A stretch of 64,000 bases of DNA from Eledone cirrhosa (lineage: Eukaryota). This document shows, piece after piece, positions 38,614-52,360 of the stretch. Both the position numbers and the translations under genes were made by a program. The notes beneath the pieces were generated by a model. That model searched no databases and was not told where the DNA came from. It saw only the letters and a list, made by a program, of their open reading frames with translations. The DNA lies in the NCBI GenBank assembly GCA_964016885.1, contig OZ024745.1:111662001-111726000 (forward strand). The letters are read 5' to 3'. Position 1 is the first letter of the stretch, and each line of letters starts with the position of its first letter.

Positions 38614-39173
38614 AGATATTCTGCTGAAACATATATAGAAGTTGAATTAGTTTGTTAAATTCTACAGCTCTCCACTAATGCCCTGCGAATCTGATTCTTC
38701 ACTCTTTGATGATGCTTGATACTGGACAAAGCTTGATGATGCTTGATACAGCTGCTTGATGGTCAGACAATATCTTTAAGTGACATTCAAAGCCACACAT
38801 AACGTGTGTGTAGGCTCCATTTAATCTTCTTTCCAGTTTTGAGATAAAGGTTCATGCTGAGCAACTATACAATAAAACAGAGGTAACAGTTGCTTGAAAG
38901 AGGCTCCTTTGCATGTGAAGTTCTTTCGTGGGAGCCTACACAAGGAAGTGCTATCAGCGGACGACAAGCCAAGACATTTATCAAGCAGATTTATGATGAC
39001 ATGAACTGCAATCCCTCTGACAATCTCTATAATGAATAATAGAACTGGATGGTGACAGAGAGCCAAGGGAATTTATGTAAGCAGTGAAACTAATTAGTTG
39101 ATTGATTGAAATTCTATAGACTGTCAGCATACTTTCTTAAGATCATAATCTATACATGGCTACACTCATTTAA

Positions 39174-39394
39174 CCCTTTAGCATTTAAACCCGTCATATC
39201 CGGCCAGAATTCTCTCACCTCTTTCTGTTCAAACTGGCCATAACTGGCCACTCATATTGACATTAAGGTATTGTTTCCAAAATAAATAACATCAAAATCT
39301 CATTGATTCGATATTGTGTGAGATAATTATGTAAGATAAAGAATTTACCACAAAAATACAATAGTATATATAAAGTAATGTAAATGCTAAAGAG
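39174..39394. mobile_element. piggyBac-like MITE
   Basis: TTAA|ccctttagcattta ... taaatgctaaagag|TTAA; same family as 26599..26819. Confidence 0.85.
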
Positions 39395-40074
39395 TTAATG
39401 CAGTAATTTGGGCTTCTAACATTTGTAAAAAAATATTTGAAGAGTGACATAGGATGTAGAAAGACTACGTAGATATATCTTTAGGTTCCTTTGCATGTTT
39501 CATCATCATTGCAGTTTAACATCTATTTTCCGTGCTTACATGGGTTAGATGGCCGCCACATGCTGAGGCTTGACCAGTCAGGTGACTAGATCCTGCTCGT
39601 ATGTTTTGTTTGGGCTTGGTTTCTATAACTAGGTGTCCTTCCTAACACTAACCACTTTACAGTGAGTACTGGGAGCATACGTTTTTATGGCTGGATGCAC
39701 TTCCTGACACCAACCATTTTACATCATGCACTGGGAGCAGGATTTCTATGGCTGGATACCCTTCCTAACACTTACCACTTTACAGCATTTAGTAGGAGAA
39801 TGGTTTCTTTGACTGGATGCCCTTCCTGACACCAACCAATTTACAGCATGTAAAGGATGCATTTTATCATCTCATCGATGCTAACACTTTAAACAGGGTG
39901 GATTAGGTGCTTTTCATTATGGCACCAACTCCACCACCTTACAGAGTGGACTGAAATCCTTTCGCCATGGCTCTAGCACTATCTGAGTCATTGGTGGGGG
40001 TTAGGGCTGAGATACAAACATTGCATTGCTGGAGGTGGAGGTCATGGTGATGGCTTTGAAGTAAGTGGATAGTG

Positions 40075-40178
40075 TCTGAGATTGAGCCTTGTTGAGATCA
40101 AGCCTCGTTCTGAGATCGAGCCTCATTCTGAAATCAAGCCTTGTTCTGAGATCAAGCCACGTTCTGAGATCGAGCCTC
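40075..40178. repeat. 18-bp tandem repeat, 5-6 copies
   Basis: tgagatcaagcctcgttc at 40093, 40111, 40129 and on. Confidence 0.85.
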
Positions 40179-40689
40179 AATCGGAGTGTGCCCGGTTTCC
40201 CTTGACGGCCTAAAAAGGGTTTTTATATACTGCTTGAAGCAAGTGGATGGGTGATCTCTGTCATTTTGGAATGTTGATACACAATTTAGGTTAATACTAG
40301 GTTGTGGGAGCACAGATGCTATATTCCTAGTGAAATAACTGAAATAGAAACAGCTAAGGATAACATGACTCTTTGTTGATGTGTTTCTATAGAAAGTTTT
40401 TGAGCGATGGGAAAGCTTCACATGAAAGATTAGCTTGTAATGACTGGTGAAGGGTTAAACAATAAGTTAAAGTCTGTCACAACCCCACAGGCTCATCAGG
40501 CTAGTGCTTATCCCCATTTCCTCAGTATTATGACTTCCCCTGGATAGGATGCTAGTTCATCACAAGATTAACTCCTAGCTACTCCTGGTACTCATTTTCA
40601 GCTGTGTACAGCAACAATGTAAGTAAAATGAAGAGTTTTGCTCAAGATCACAGTCCAGGAATCGAACCCATGATGTTATGATCATCTGA

Positions 40690-41102
40690 CTGTCTGAATC
40701 GGCTCAGAAAAAATGACAGAGCTATGATCCGCTGGATGTGCGGTGTGACCACTGAGGATGATGTCAGCTCAACTGAACTCCTGAAAAGACTGCTGATTGA
40801 CGACCTCAAGGATGTGATTCACACGAGAGACATGTGCTGATATGGCCATGTCAGGCATAGTAAGGGCTAGATCAACAAAGTAATAAATGTCGATCCAGGA
40901 GGCAGCGGAGGCCCAGGAAGACCAAAAAGGACTTGGATGGAGGATGTCCATCGGGATCAAGCTAAGCTTGGCTTAGCCCAAGTGAGATCGGTGATCAAGA
41001 ACACATGGAACGGGATGCTAAGGAGCGCTGTCGGGCACGACCCACCCCTACTTAGGGATTGTGTCCTGCATAATAAAAAAAAAAACTGTATGATGATGAT
41101 GA
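40690..41102 (+). mobile_element. RTE 3-prime ORF fragment with (GAT)n tail
   Basis: LNRLRKNDRAMIRWMCGV, YGHV, GRPKRTWME motifs. Confidence 0.75.
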
Positions 41103-42616
41103 AGTCCAACACCACATGCCCAAGAATTAGAATAGAGTTAATGAGAAATAGGAATCAATATACAAGTAAATATCTACAAAGATTTTCTTGTCTACTCTCT
41201 TATAATCCTAGAATCAATTACAAAACAAATGCAAGATAAATTATTAAGTGAAGACTTATCTTATAAATTGAAATTACATTGTAGAATCTGTTAATGGATT
41301 GCAGAAACTTAAAAGCTGGGAAAATAGAAGTGGGACAAAAGGTATGGAGGTTTCCATGGTAAAAAGTAAATGAAAGTGGCTTTGTGCAGCACACAGGGAA
41401 GAAATCAATACTGTGGTGTAGCCTATGCAAATAGTAGATCCACAAACATTGCAGTTGAAATACTGATGTAGAAGAGTGTTGTGTAAAGAATATGACAGAA
41501 CTGTAATAGTATACAGAAATGAGACCTGGCTTGTGTATTTTGAAGAGTGTAGCGAGACAGGATAGTACTATTTTATCGCTGTGGCATAGTTTGGTCATGC
41601 TTGGTCAGTTACCAGCCCTGTAGGATTGGTGACGTATGAATACAAATGACCATTTCCAAGGCGCCTTTTGCAAAACCAACCAGTTGTGTATTGGACATTA
41701 GTAGTGCAACATCTCTTAACTAGCTTTCCCACTGTTTTTGATTTTTCATTGAGAGTAGTTTGTTAGACGGCCTTTCAGGGTTTTGCCATTTATCCGTCGG
41801 CTTTGTTTTACCAAATATTCCAATCCCTGACAATAAGTAAGGATAAATTAGTGCCTGTCTTGACGCATTTTTAGCTTACTAAGAAAAAACATTCACTTCA
41901 CTTATATCTTGCTGCATGCACTTTGTTCGTGTGTTCAAGCCAATCGGGAAAATAGATTGTTTTGTATAAAAAAATACACCTTGTGATCTATATTTTTTAA
42001 ACCATTGGAGCACTTTTTCCGCATCTCCATCTTCCTGGGGTGGCAATCTTGATAAAAGGTGATAATGACTACTAAAAGAGTATGAGGGATTATATATCAC
42101 TACCTCTGATGAAGGGTCCAAACCAAAACTTCAGAACCTACAATACAAACTTACGAGCCAATAAGGAAACTGCTCAATCAGTGTTTCCCAAACTTTTCTC
42201 ATGGAATTCACTCCTAGAACAACTGGATACTTACCCTCAACATTGTTTACAATCTTAATTATTCTTAATTTAATCACAGTAATTAACCATGTTTACTATA
42301 TAATTATTCTTTTAAAAAATCCTATTGTTGTTTAGGAAAAGAAAAGGAGCCCATCTTGAGATTAGACTAAGGAAATTATGTTTCCTTTGCTGACATCTTC
42401 TGGTTACAACTCCTAGTTAAAAGGGGTGGAATTTTAACTCAGAAGGCACAGAGACAGATCAGACCCTTCAAAACCTACTGACTAACTCTTTAAAAACTCT
42501 GCCAATTCACCATTGCCTCTTGACAGGTGCTTATGTATGGTATGTTATGGTCTTGTAACACCTGGTGGAGTTGTAGGGGCACTATAGTGGCATAGAGCAT
42601 TTCTTGCACACTTTAA

Positions 42617-43181
42617 CCCTTTAGCATTCACATTACTCTATATATACTTTTATATTTTCACAGTAATGGCTTTACCTCACATAATTCATCATCATCATCA
42701 TTTTACGTCCGCTTTTTCCCTGCTTGCAAGGGTGGGACGGGAACTGATTCTGGCTTGATTTCTACAGCTGGATGCCCTTCCTAACACCAACCTCATTTAC
42801 AGTGAGTGCTGGGTGCTTTTTTGCCGTGGCACCTTCACGACCACTTTGCAGTGGAATAATATAGACCCCAGTCCCTATCATCTCATTTCTACAGCTGAGT
42901 AAACTGGAACAATGTGAAATAAAGTGTCTTGCTCAAGGAAACAACACATCACCTGGTCTGAGAATTGAACTCACAACCTTTCGATTGCAAGGCCAATGCT
43001 CTAACCACTAAGCCATGTGCCTCCATCATTATCTCATATAATATCGAATCTATGAGATTTTGATATTATTTATTTTGAGAACAATACCTTAACATCAGTA
43101 TGAACGGCTGGTTATAGCTGGTTTGAACAGAGAGAGGTGAGAGAATTCTGGCTGGATACGCCCATTTTAAATGCTAAAGGG
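42617..43181. mobile_element. piggyBac-like MITE containing a SINE family M insertion (about 42687..43025, minus)
   Basis: TTAA flanks at 42613 and 43182, terminal inverted repeats, SINE body inside. Confidence 0.85.
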
Positions 43182-43677
43182 TTAAGCCCATCCCTCTCCA
43201 TGCCAGAACACAGCAGATTTCTTCTAGAGAAGGATAGGAAGTGAGAAAAAGATACAGAGGAAAAATTGATCCCAGTACGAGACTGGTACTTTTAATAGAC
43301 CTTGAAAGGATGAAAAGCAAAGTTGACCTTGGTGGAATTTGAGCTGAGAGAACAGAGAGAGCTGGAATGAATACCACAAAGCATTTTATCTCTAATGACA
43401 TTCTTATCATTTAAAGCATTTTATGTTCTAATGACTGCTAATTTGCCATACTTTATGTATTGACCCCCAAAAGGATGAAAGACAAAGTCTAATGGCTCTG
43501 CCAATTCACTACCTATAGGCGGGCATGATATCCGTTAATAAACTCTATCACTCTATTTATTCCCGCTTATCACCAAGCTGTGATAACTGCCTTATTATTA
43601 ATTCTCACATAAAATTTTGAAACAGTTTGATAATGACCTCCTGTACAAATATTGTTATCGAGCCTAAGATTACTTAC

Positions 43678-43719
43678 TTTCTAATTTCCTTCTCTACTTA
43701 ACTGGTTATAAAAGTCTAT
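43678..43719 (-). other. Candidate 42-nt exon of a minus-strand transcript
   Basis: ttttgtttttaag acceptor and AAA|GTAAGT donor; stops in all three frames (phase 0 reads IDFYNQLSREGN*). Confidence 0.25.
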
Positions 43720-44391
43720 CTTAAAAACAAAATGTTTTTGTTTGCTTTTTATTTACTAATTAACAAGTTTGTGTGGCTGTATATTGCTATGTGAGTGTGT
43801 GTGTGTGTGTGTATGTGTAATACAAATAAATACTGAATGTCATACAGAAACCATTTTTTATTATATATAAAGTGTAGGGTGGTGGATTGGAAGTATTGAT
43901 AGAGCATCAGACAACATGCTTTATGGCGTTGAGGTATGGCCCTTTACATCCCGAGTTCAAATCCTGCTGAGGTTAGCTTTGCCTTTCATCATTTGGGGTC
44001 GATTTAATCAGCTTATCCCTTCCCAGAAAATTGTTGTCCTTGCTTAAATCAGAAGCCATTATATATAAAATGTGATTTCAAATCCTGCCGAGGTTAACTT
44101 TGCCTTTCATCCTTACAAGGTCAATAAAATAAAGTACCAGTAATGCACTGAGGTTGATTTAATTGACTTTCCCCTCCCCAAAAATTATTGGCGTTGTGCC
44201 TGTTATATATAAAGTAAAATTAGATAAGATTATCACCTTGACAATAAGCAATCAATTTATCTAATAATTGGAGAGCCACCACTGACTTTATTATCATTGT
44301 GTAATGTATTCAGAAAGGGACAGGTGTATGGAGTTCATTCCTTTACAAGTTGAACTCTACACTTACTTTTACGTGTGCATGGGGTGTGTGT

Positions 44392-44530
44392 GTGTAAAAG
44401 GGTAAACAGAAATAACAAAAATAACAAAACAAAGAGCACAGTACATGGAAGAAATATATTAATTTAATGCTTAAAATAGCAGGAAGAGAGTCTTAACGTT
44501 TTGGACGCTAGTCCTTCATCAGAAGATCTA
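44392..44530 (-). mobile_element. Penelope-like terminal repeat fragment with degenerate hammerhead
   Basis: tctt CTGATGA aggactagcgtcc aAAA cgtt aaga (GAAA mutated); flank also at 12932..13017 and 46970..47060. Confidence 0.55.
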
Positions 44531-46026
44531 GAAATAGAAGATAAATGGAAAGGAAAGAGAGACGAGAGGAAGGAATGGGGAAAATTAGAACAAAAATGGG
44601 GAGAAAAAATCCACACATGTATGTTCAGTCAGCCATAATATATATGGACTGTCTACAGAGCAAAGAAATCAAATTAAAACAGCTGGGTTCACCATTAAAA
44701 TTCTACCTCTTCACTATATATATATATATATATATATGATTAAAATAGTCCTTCGTCAGTGATTTTCCAACCATCATTGGTATTTCATCGCATTAAAAAT
44801 CAGATACCTCAGGTTGGTGCGAGCAATAACTAAAAAAAGTTATTGGGACCAGAATTCGCGTAAGGCGAGGGGAACAAGTAAACAACATAGAAGGATAAAA
44901 GCAAACCGAAGATAGGAACATAAACAAGCAACATGGTTGTCCGGTCAGCATGAACTGGGTTGATTTCATGAGCGAGAGAGGTACAGACCATGTTGATGTG
45001 TGTGAGATGTGAGCAAGAAGAGACCCACACAAGTCAAACGGGAGGAAGTGAGAAGGGGAGAAACAGAGAGTGAGTGAGTGGAAGTGTGAGGAAGAGGTCA
45101 GTCGATATATATATATATATATAAATATTAAGTTTAACATGACAAAGTTTTGAGATTAATCTGCTACTATAATTATAATTAATCAAATAATATCATGGAG
45201 CTACGCTGCAAAGTGGTTGGTGAAAGGAAGGGCATTTGCAGAAACTATACCAAAAATTAGAATGAACAAAGCAGACAAGAACTCTGCAGGCCACAACACA
45301 GTTTACCCATCTAACTTCACATAAGAACTGATGAAAGGATAGAAGGAACACTTTAAGACTTTTCATACCAAAATGTCTGAAACCACCTTGGATTTATTAT
45401 ACAAAACTACTCGTTTTTAAATGTTTATACTTATATTAAAATCTTCTTTGCCCATTTATTTCTGGGAGGGTTGAGGAGTAAGTGTCCTCAAATACTCCTT
45501 CTAGTGGGTCCTATCAGAAGCAACTGTCTCCAATTAATCCGGCTGGATCCTCAAGCATGACCAATCTCTTATAAGCAAAATATTGTTTTAATATACATAT
45601 ATATGCTTGGTTTATAGTAAATATGTATCAGATGGAGTAAATCTGTTATAGTTTTATCATAGAAGCTCAGCAATTCCTTTTTATATTGGCCATAATAAAT
45701 TCTAAAGAGGGGAGAACAAAAACACCACAACCTATTTCCTAGCCAGATAGTTGAAGAAAGAAGGAAATATTTCTGTCTTAGTTGATAAACTGATAAAATA
45801 TTTCTTTCATACACAGATAAAATAAATAAGATTCATACATCAAATGTCTTAATTTCTATTGCAGCAGTTTGAGGTATCAAGGAAAGGGAAATATGGAAGC
45901 TGGGATTATAATGCCATTTTTAATGAAATGAAAAATCTAGAATTAGAAATGACGCGATTGTTGTTATTGTTATTTAGCACCAGGTGAGCACTGCTTCATG
46001 CTCTGTAAATGAATACACATTCATAC

Positions 46027-46148
46027 AATGATTATGCCCTTTGCAGCATCTTCTGAGAACCCATGCTTTTGTTCCAAATATTTTACTAATTGCTCCAAAT
46101 TAATTCTTAAAGATACCATTTCAGAAAACAGTGACATTTGTTTATGTC
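46027..46148 (-). CDS. Candidate exon (GHKQMSLFSEMVSLRINLEQLVKYLEQKHGFSEDAAKGIII)
   Basis: ttgcttatacag acceptor, ATT|GTATGA donor, open in phase 1, compatible with the 59090 exon. Confidence 0.3.
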
Positions 46149-46605
46149 CTGTATAAGCAATATGACCCACAGATTATTGGCTCAACAAAGATCAGTGGTG
46201 TATACCTTACTAATGAATAAGTACTGGTTGGCATCAGGAAGTGCATACACCTATAGAGTGCTGTCACCAAGAAAATGTCTCATACAACCAATACCACCAT
46301 GAAAAAATGGATATATAAAAATGACGTTGATGATAGATTCAAAATTTATCTCTACGCTTTACACTGAACAATAAATAATTATGCCTCTTGTAAAAATAAT
46401 ATGATAATATAAACTATTCTCCTAAAGGATAACAGTAAAAAAAGAAATCTATAATGCCACATGCAGGGCCAAACTTTCACCTGCTGAGGCCCGAAGCTCT
46501 ATGAAATTTGAGGCCCTTCTCAAAAAAGAATTTTGGTGAAAATATTTTTAATAATCATACAGGATTATAATTTTTTATATTAATTTTACTGGTGAAGAAT
46601 AAATT

Positions 46606-46663
<58 letters not shown>

Positions 46664-46906
46664 ACTCCTGCATTTGTTTCTTTGTCATTTTGAACTATAT
46701 ATATATATATACACATAATTTTTTATGATTTAGGGTTTTAGTGTTAAATAATGAAATTTTATGATAAAATAAAAAAATGCATTTTAAAAAAGACCAATGG
46801 AAACATTGTTTCCTTGGTTTGATTTGACGAGCTCCATCCACTCATTAAGCAAATGAGGTCTGTGATCTTGTCAATCAACTGTTATGTATATATGTATATT
46901 TGTATG

Positions 46907-46967
<61 letters not shown>

Positions 46968-47164
46968 ATGTAAAAGGTAAACAGAAATAACAACACAATC
47001 GGTACAGTATATGGAAGGTATATATTATGTTAACGCTTGATATAGCAGGAAGAGGGTCTTATATACAGGGTGTGTGAAAAGAAATGCCCTATTTACACAC
47101 ACACATATATATGTGTATGTGTGTGTGTAAATAGGGCGTTTCTTTATATATAAATCAAAACAAA

Positions 47165-48830
47165 AAAAGAGGCCTGGAAATGTCATTATGAGAGATTGAT
47201 GAATGTGGAGAATGAATGGAGAAAGAGAAATTACCCCCAGTAGATCCGACAGAGGGACCAGCTATTGAGATTGACGAATATAGGCTCCAAGAGGCGATTA
47301 AGAAAATGAAAAAAGGTAAGGCCGCTGGACCGTCGGGGATAGTTGCTGAGATGCTGAAAGCATCAGGGGACGTAGGCACTAAACTGGTTGCACGCATCAT
47401 CAATCAGGCTATATATGGCGGTGTCAAACCCAAAGACTGGTGCAGCAGTATTCTCATAAATTGCTACAAAGGTAAAGGGGATGCTCTGGAGAGGAGCAAT
47501 TATAGGGGTATAAAACTGATGGATCAGGTTATGAAAGTGGCAGAAAGGATATTAGCACAACTAATTAGAGAAAGGGTCAAACTAGATGAGATGCAGTTTG
47601 GTTTTGTGCCTGGGAAGAGTACAACAGATGCCCTCTTCTTGGTGAGACAATTACAAGAGAGGTTCTTAGAGAAAAATAAGGCACTATACTTAGCCTTTGT
47701 TGACCTAGAGAAGGCCTTTGATAGGGTACCCCGATTTGTCATCTGGTGGCCCCTAAGGAAACTAGGTGTTGAGGAATGGCTTGTGATTACAGTGCAAGCT
47801 TTGTACAGAGGTGCTGTCAGTAAAGTCAGGGTAGAAATGGAGTTTAGTGAGGAATGGAGTTTAGTGAGGAATTCCAGATACAAGTAGGAGTACACCAGGG
47901 TTCGGTCCTCAGCCCGCTCTTGTTCATTATAGTCCTCCAAGCCATAACAGAGGAGTTTAAGACTGGGTGTCCATGGGAACTTCTCTATGCTGATGATCTG
48001 GTTCTTATAACAGAATCAGTAGAGGAGCTAGAGAATAAATTCTGGCTATGGAAACAGCAGTTGGAAGCAAGAGGACAGAGTGATCATAGCTAAGACAAAA
48101 GTGTTGATGAGTAGAAAAGAGGACAAAACTCTGATTCCGTCAGGGAAATGGCTATGTTCGATATGCAGAAAAGGAACTGGCATAAATTCTATAAAATGTA
48201 CACAATGCAGATCTTGGGTATACAAGAGATGTAGTGGGATAGCAGGCAAACTAACAGGTAGGGAGAAATACGTATGCAGTAGATGTACAGGGAAATTAGA
48301 CAGTAGAAGTCGCATTGATAGACACATTTTTCAAATGCAGGCGGGTGCTATAGAAGTGGTTGATAGCTTCCAGTACCTAGGAGATCAGATTAGCATGGGA
48401 GGGGGTGTTCCGAGGCCATAATATTTAGAAGAAGGACGAGTTGGAAGAAGTTTAGGGAGCTGCTTCCTCTGCTGATGAGGAAAGGTTTCTCCCTGCGTAC
48501 GAAAGGCCGGTTATATGATGCCTGTGTGAGGTGCGCGATGCTGCATGGTAGTGAGATATGAGCAGCAATTGCAGATGATATGCAACGGCTGGAGAGAAAT
48601 GAGGCAAGCATGCTCTGTTGGATGTGCAATGTCAATATGCGTGAACGACCGAGCATGGATGTGTTGAGAGAGAAACTGTGACTGAGAGGGATAAATTGTA
48701 GTGTGTGGGAGAGGAGACTGCAATGGAATGGACATGTGATGCGCATAAAGGATGACCGATGGGTGAAGAAGTGCCAAGAAATGCCAGTTGAAGGTAGACG
48801 TAGTAGAGGAAGACCATGAAAAACATGGTT
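47165..48830 (+). mobile_element. RTE LINE family A, RT domain, truncated at both ends
   Basis: ORFs 47216..47887, 47854..48093, 48080..48421 near-identical to the 55-57 kb copy; 17-bp tandem duplication near 47836 frameshifts it. Confidence 0.95.
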
Positions 48831-50991
48831 TTAAGTATTTGCCCTGATGTTGATCTGTTGGTGCGGAAGCCATTTTGGTTTTTTCTCAGCAAGGGGTCAA
48901 TGACAGGTCTTATTCTGTCAAACAGCATGAGATTGTATATCTTTGCAGCAATTGCCATTAGTGTTATGCCACGGTAGTTTTTAGCCATTCCAAGATCGCC
49001 CTTTTTGGGAAAAGGGAGTATACATCCCTCAGTCCATTTGTCTATGGGGTCTTGATTATAGACACCATTACACAACTCTAGTAGGATTGGGTGAAATTCA
49101 GGTACCTTCCACACTTCAGCTGGGATCTCGTCGAGTCCGCACGCTTTTCCGTTACCAATACTTTTCACTGCCTTCTGTAGTTCCTCCATAGTGAAAGGAC
49201 CTTTCTGTATTTGGTGTTCCTCTGTAAAAACGGGTATTATTTCTTCTTCGATGATCTGTGGTGCTTTGCCAAGTAGGTTCTGAAAATGTTGTTGCCACAG
49301 TTTTAAACATTCGTCTTGGCTGGAGGCTTTCAGTTTGGCTCTGTCACTACTTTTTCTGCCACTAATTTCATTGACAGTTTTCCAGGCTTCAGCAGACTTC
49401 TTATTGGTGACAGTTCTCGAGATATGATTGATCTTTCTCTGCATGTATTCGGCTTGCTCAATTTCATACTCATTTTTCAGTCTGTACAAGCAGCACTGAA
49501 GTTATTAATGTTTTCTGGAGATCGTTGAGTGTCTTTCAATTCTGCAGCTTTTCGCAACACTTTGCGCTTTTGGCGTATCCTCTCTGTTTCCCAGGGTTTT
49601 CGATTTTTAACCTTGGGTTTTAAAGGGATGGTGTCGGCCGCTGCCTCTTTGAATGCCATTTGAAAGTGGTTAAATGTAGAATTTGACGATTTTGCTGGTG
49701 CATAGTCTTGTAGGGCGGCAAATTGGTTGCTCAGTTGGGTTACAAAGGTTTTGTAAGTCTCAGGATTGGTATTCAGAACTGCCCAGTTGTAAGGAGTAGC
49801 ATTTGTAGATTTCTTTTTATCCACTCGGAGACCTAATCGTATCTTGGCCGAGACAATACAATGATCCGAGTCAACACTAACAAACGAGTCATATGCTCTG
49901 CAGTTTTTTGCGCTGTTCTACCATTTTCGATTGATTATGATATAATCCAGTTGTGTCTTGTCGCCATTTGGAGATTTGTGTGTCCACCGCTGGCCTGGTC
50001 TTTTTTGGAATATGGTGTTGAGACATCGTAAATTGTTCTCACACGAGTAATCTTTTAGCATACAACCGTTTCTATTGGTTTGTGAGTGGTATGAGAATTT
50101 GAATCCATCAAGCTGTCCAAGACGCGCGTTGAAGTCTCCGCCAATGATGAGAACATTATGTTTCAGGATTTGTCCAGTGAGTGATGTTAGTTCCATGTAG
50201 AACCTCTCTACTTCGGCCATGTCACATACATTTGTTGGACTATAGCAAGAGATTACAGTGGTTTTAGGATTCCCGTTAAACATAGCTATCATTATCCTTG
50301 ATGTTATCATTTCAACACTCGCAAGTGCATCATAGGCACGCGGGCTGAAAAGCATTCCAACTCCACCATTTGCTGCATTCATGTTGTTTTTCCAAGCTGA
50401 GCAGGTTATCAGCCTCCAATTGCCAAATATTTGCTCCTTTGTTACAAGCTTTTCATGTATGAACCGGTGCTCCTGAAGACAGATAACATCATGGTTGGTC
50501 GCCCCCTGCTGAAGCAATCAGTTCAGGGATTTTATGGTCTTTCTGGAGTGTTTGAACATTGAGTGTACCAGCAAAGATGTCTTTCTTTCCGTGTACAAGT
50601 CGGGTTGGTTGTTTTCTCCGTGTATGTTTCCCAGTATCTGATTTTTCGACTGCAATCTGGGAATCCGTTGCAGGACGCGCTCCTTGTTTAACCGCGCGAC
50701 GAGCGCTGCGGGATGAACATCGAAGGATTTGTGTCATATTTAGCTTTCAATAGCTGGATATACACTTGCGGTCGCTACTCCATACAAGTGAAAGCAGTAC
50801 TCTGTATTAGAGCGGTTGTGCCTCACCAAAACATCCAACAATAGTTGATATGATCGCCTTGCCAGTAGTAGTATGAACCAAATTCACAGTTACTTGATCA
50901 TTGCCTTATCTACTGATACGATATCCTGCTTACCACTGTTGTCGTTTAACCCAGTCAGGATTGGTTTGACAGATTGCCGACCAAGGCTACC

Positions 50992-51041
<50 letters not shown>

Positions 51042-51290
51042 TATATAGTGTATATATATATATATATATATACACTATATACACATTTACACAATTTTTG
51101 GATAGCCGTTGACTCTTATGAGTTCTTCCGCCCTTTGTCAGGTTTTGTTTTTGTCCTGCAGGATGTCCAAAATCACCCTCCTCACCAAGTAACTTGATGG
51201 GGTTGCCGGTTTAGTCGCCAACGACCCGACCATGCGACAGGTTATACTGGGTTACATGTTACCAGTAGCACTCGAGAGTGGCCTGACATA
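48830..51290 (-). mobile_element. RTE-group LINE family B: 5-prime UTR, APE endonuclease and N-terminal RT, 3-prime truncated
   Basis: GTLNV, CLQEHR, YSPTN, GGDFNA, LDYIII (APE); PFPKKGD, NYRGITL, QNGFR (RT); stops and frameshifts. Confidence 0.92.
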
Positions 51291-51336
51291 AATATATATA
51301 CATACATGCACACACATATATATATGTACGTATGTA

Positions 51337-52050
51337 AGCTTGAAACTAGTATATCGTTCCTTTGCCAGTGTTGAACAAAAGGGCAATGATGATTGCTAAA
51401 CACTGTACGGCTTAGTTCGGGATGTTTGTTTACAAACAAACCGAGCATTATAATAAATGTTCGGTAAATCCATATATATATATGTGTGCATGTATGTATA
51501 TATATACATACTTACTGTACGTCTGTATACATATATGTATGTACGTATACATACTTATATTTAAGTAACAGCGGTACTAAGAGTGAGAAATGAAATTTCG
51601 TTTCATTTTTTCCATTTATCGTTTTCGGTGCGCCCGGCTGATTAACTCACTCGATATGCAAATTAGGCTGCTCAACCGTTAATATGCATATGGAAAGTAT
51701 ATACTTTCAGACGTTCAATCATCTGGCAGGAAGGTATACGGCGTTGACGATAAATAATAAGCTTGAAACTAGTACATCGTTCCTTCACCAGTGTTGAACA
51801 AAAGGGCAACGATGGTTGCTAAACACTGTACGGCTTAATTCGGGATGTTTGTTTATAAACAAACCGAGCATTATAATAAATGTTTGGTAAATCCATACAT
51901 ACATATATATATGTGTGCATGTATGTATATATATATATACTACTGTACGTCTGTATACATATATGTATGTACGTATACATACTTATATTTAAGTAACAGC
52001 TGTACTAAGAGAGAGTGAGAAATGAAATTTTGTTTCATTTTTTCCATTTA
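51337..52050. repeat. Tandem duplication, period about 423 bp, of a hairpin-rich repeat
   Basis: aagcttgaaactagt...gtttgtttacaaacaaac...gtactaagagtgagaaatgaaattt at 51337 and 51759. Confidence 0.85.
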
Positions 52051-52173
52051 TATATACTCTTTTACCTGTTTCAGCCATCCGGCTGAGGCCATGCTGGGGC
52101 ACCGATACAATGATATTAAATAAATGGAAACTATATTTATTAAACCATATTTATTCTATTATATATATTTCAA

Positions 52174-52358
52174 TGGCGGTGGATTGGCAGTATCGGTAGA
52201 GGGTCGGACGCCATGCTTTCCAGCATAGTTACGTCCCTTTACGATCTGAGTTCAAATCCCGCCGAGGTTAACTTTGCCTTTCATCCTTACGGGGTCGATA
52301 AAATAAAGTACCAGTAATGCACTGAGTAATTGTTGGCCTTGTGCCTAAAGTAGAAACA
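52174..52358 (+). mobile_element. SINE family N with 16-bp target-site duplication
   Basis: attatatatatttcaa at 52158..52173 and 52359..52374. Confidence 0.92.
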
Positions 52359-52360
52359 AT

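Noticed and set aside
38821-39066. Minus-strand 81-aa ORF as a host gene
   Set aside because: Opposite strand resembles a decayed RTE-group 3-prime end
42100-42140. Hammerhead-like ctgatgaagggtccaaaccaaaac
   Set aside because: GAAA mutated and stems poor; at most a dead Penelope-type remnant
45865-45983. Plus-strand exon-like segment with CAG|GTGAGC donor
   Set aside because: Donor lies in the end of a dispersed repeat (compare 60585..60605); no partner exons
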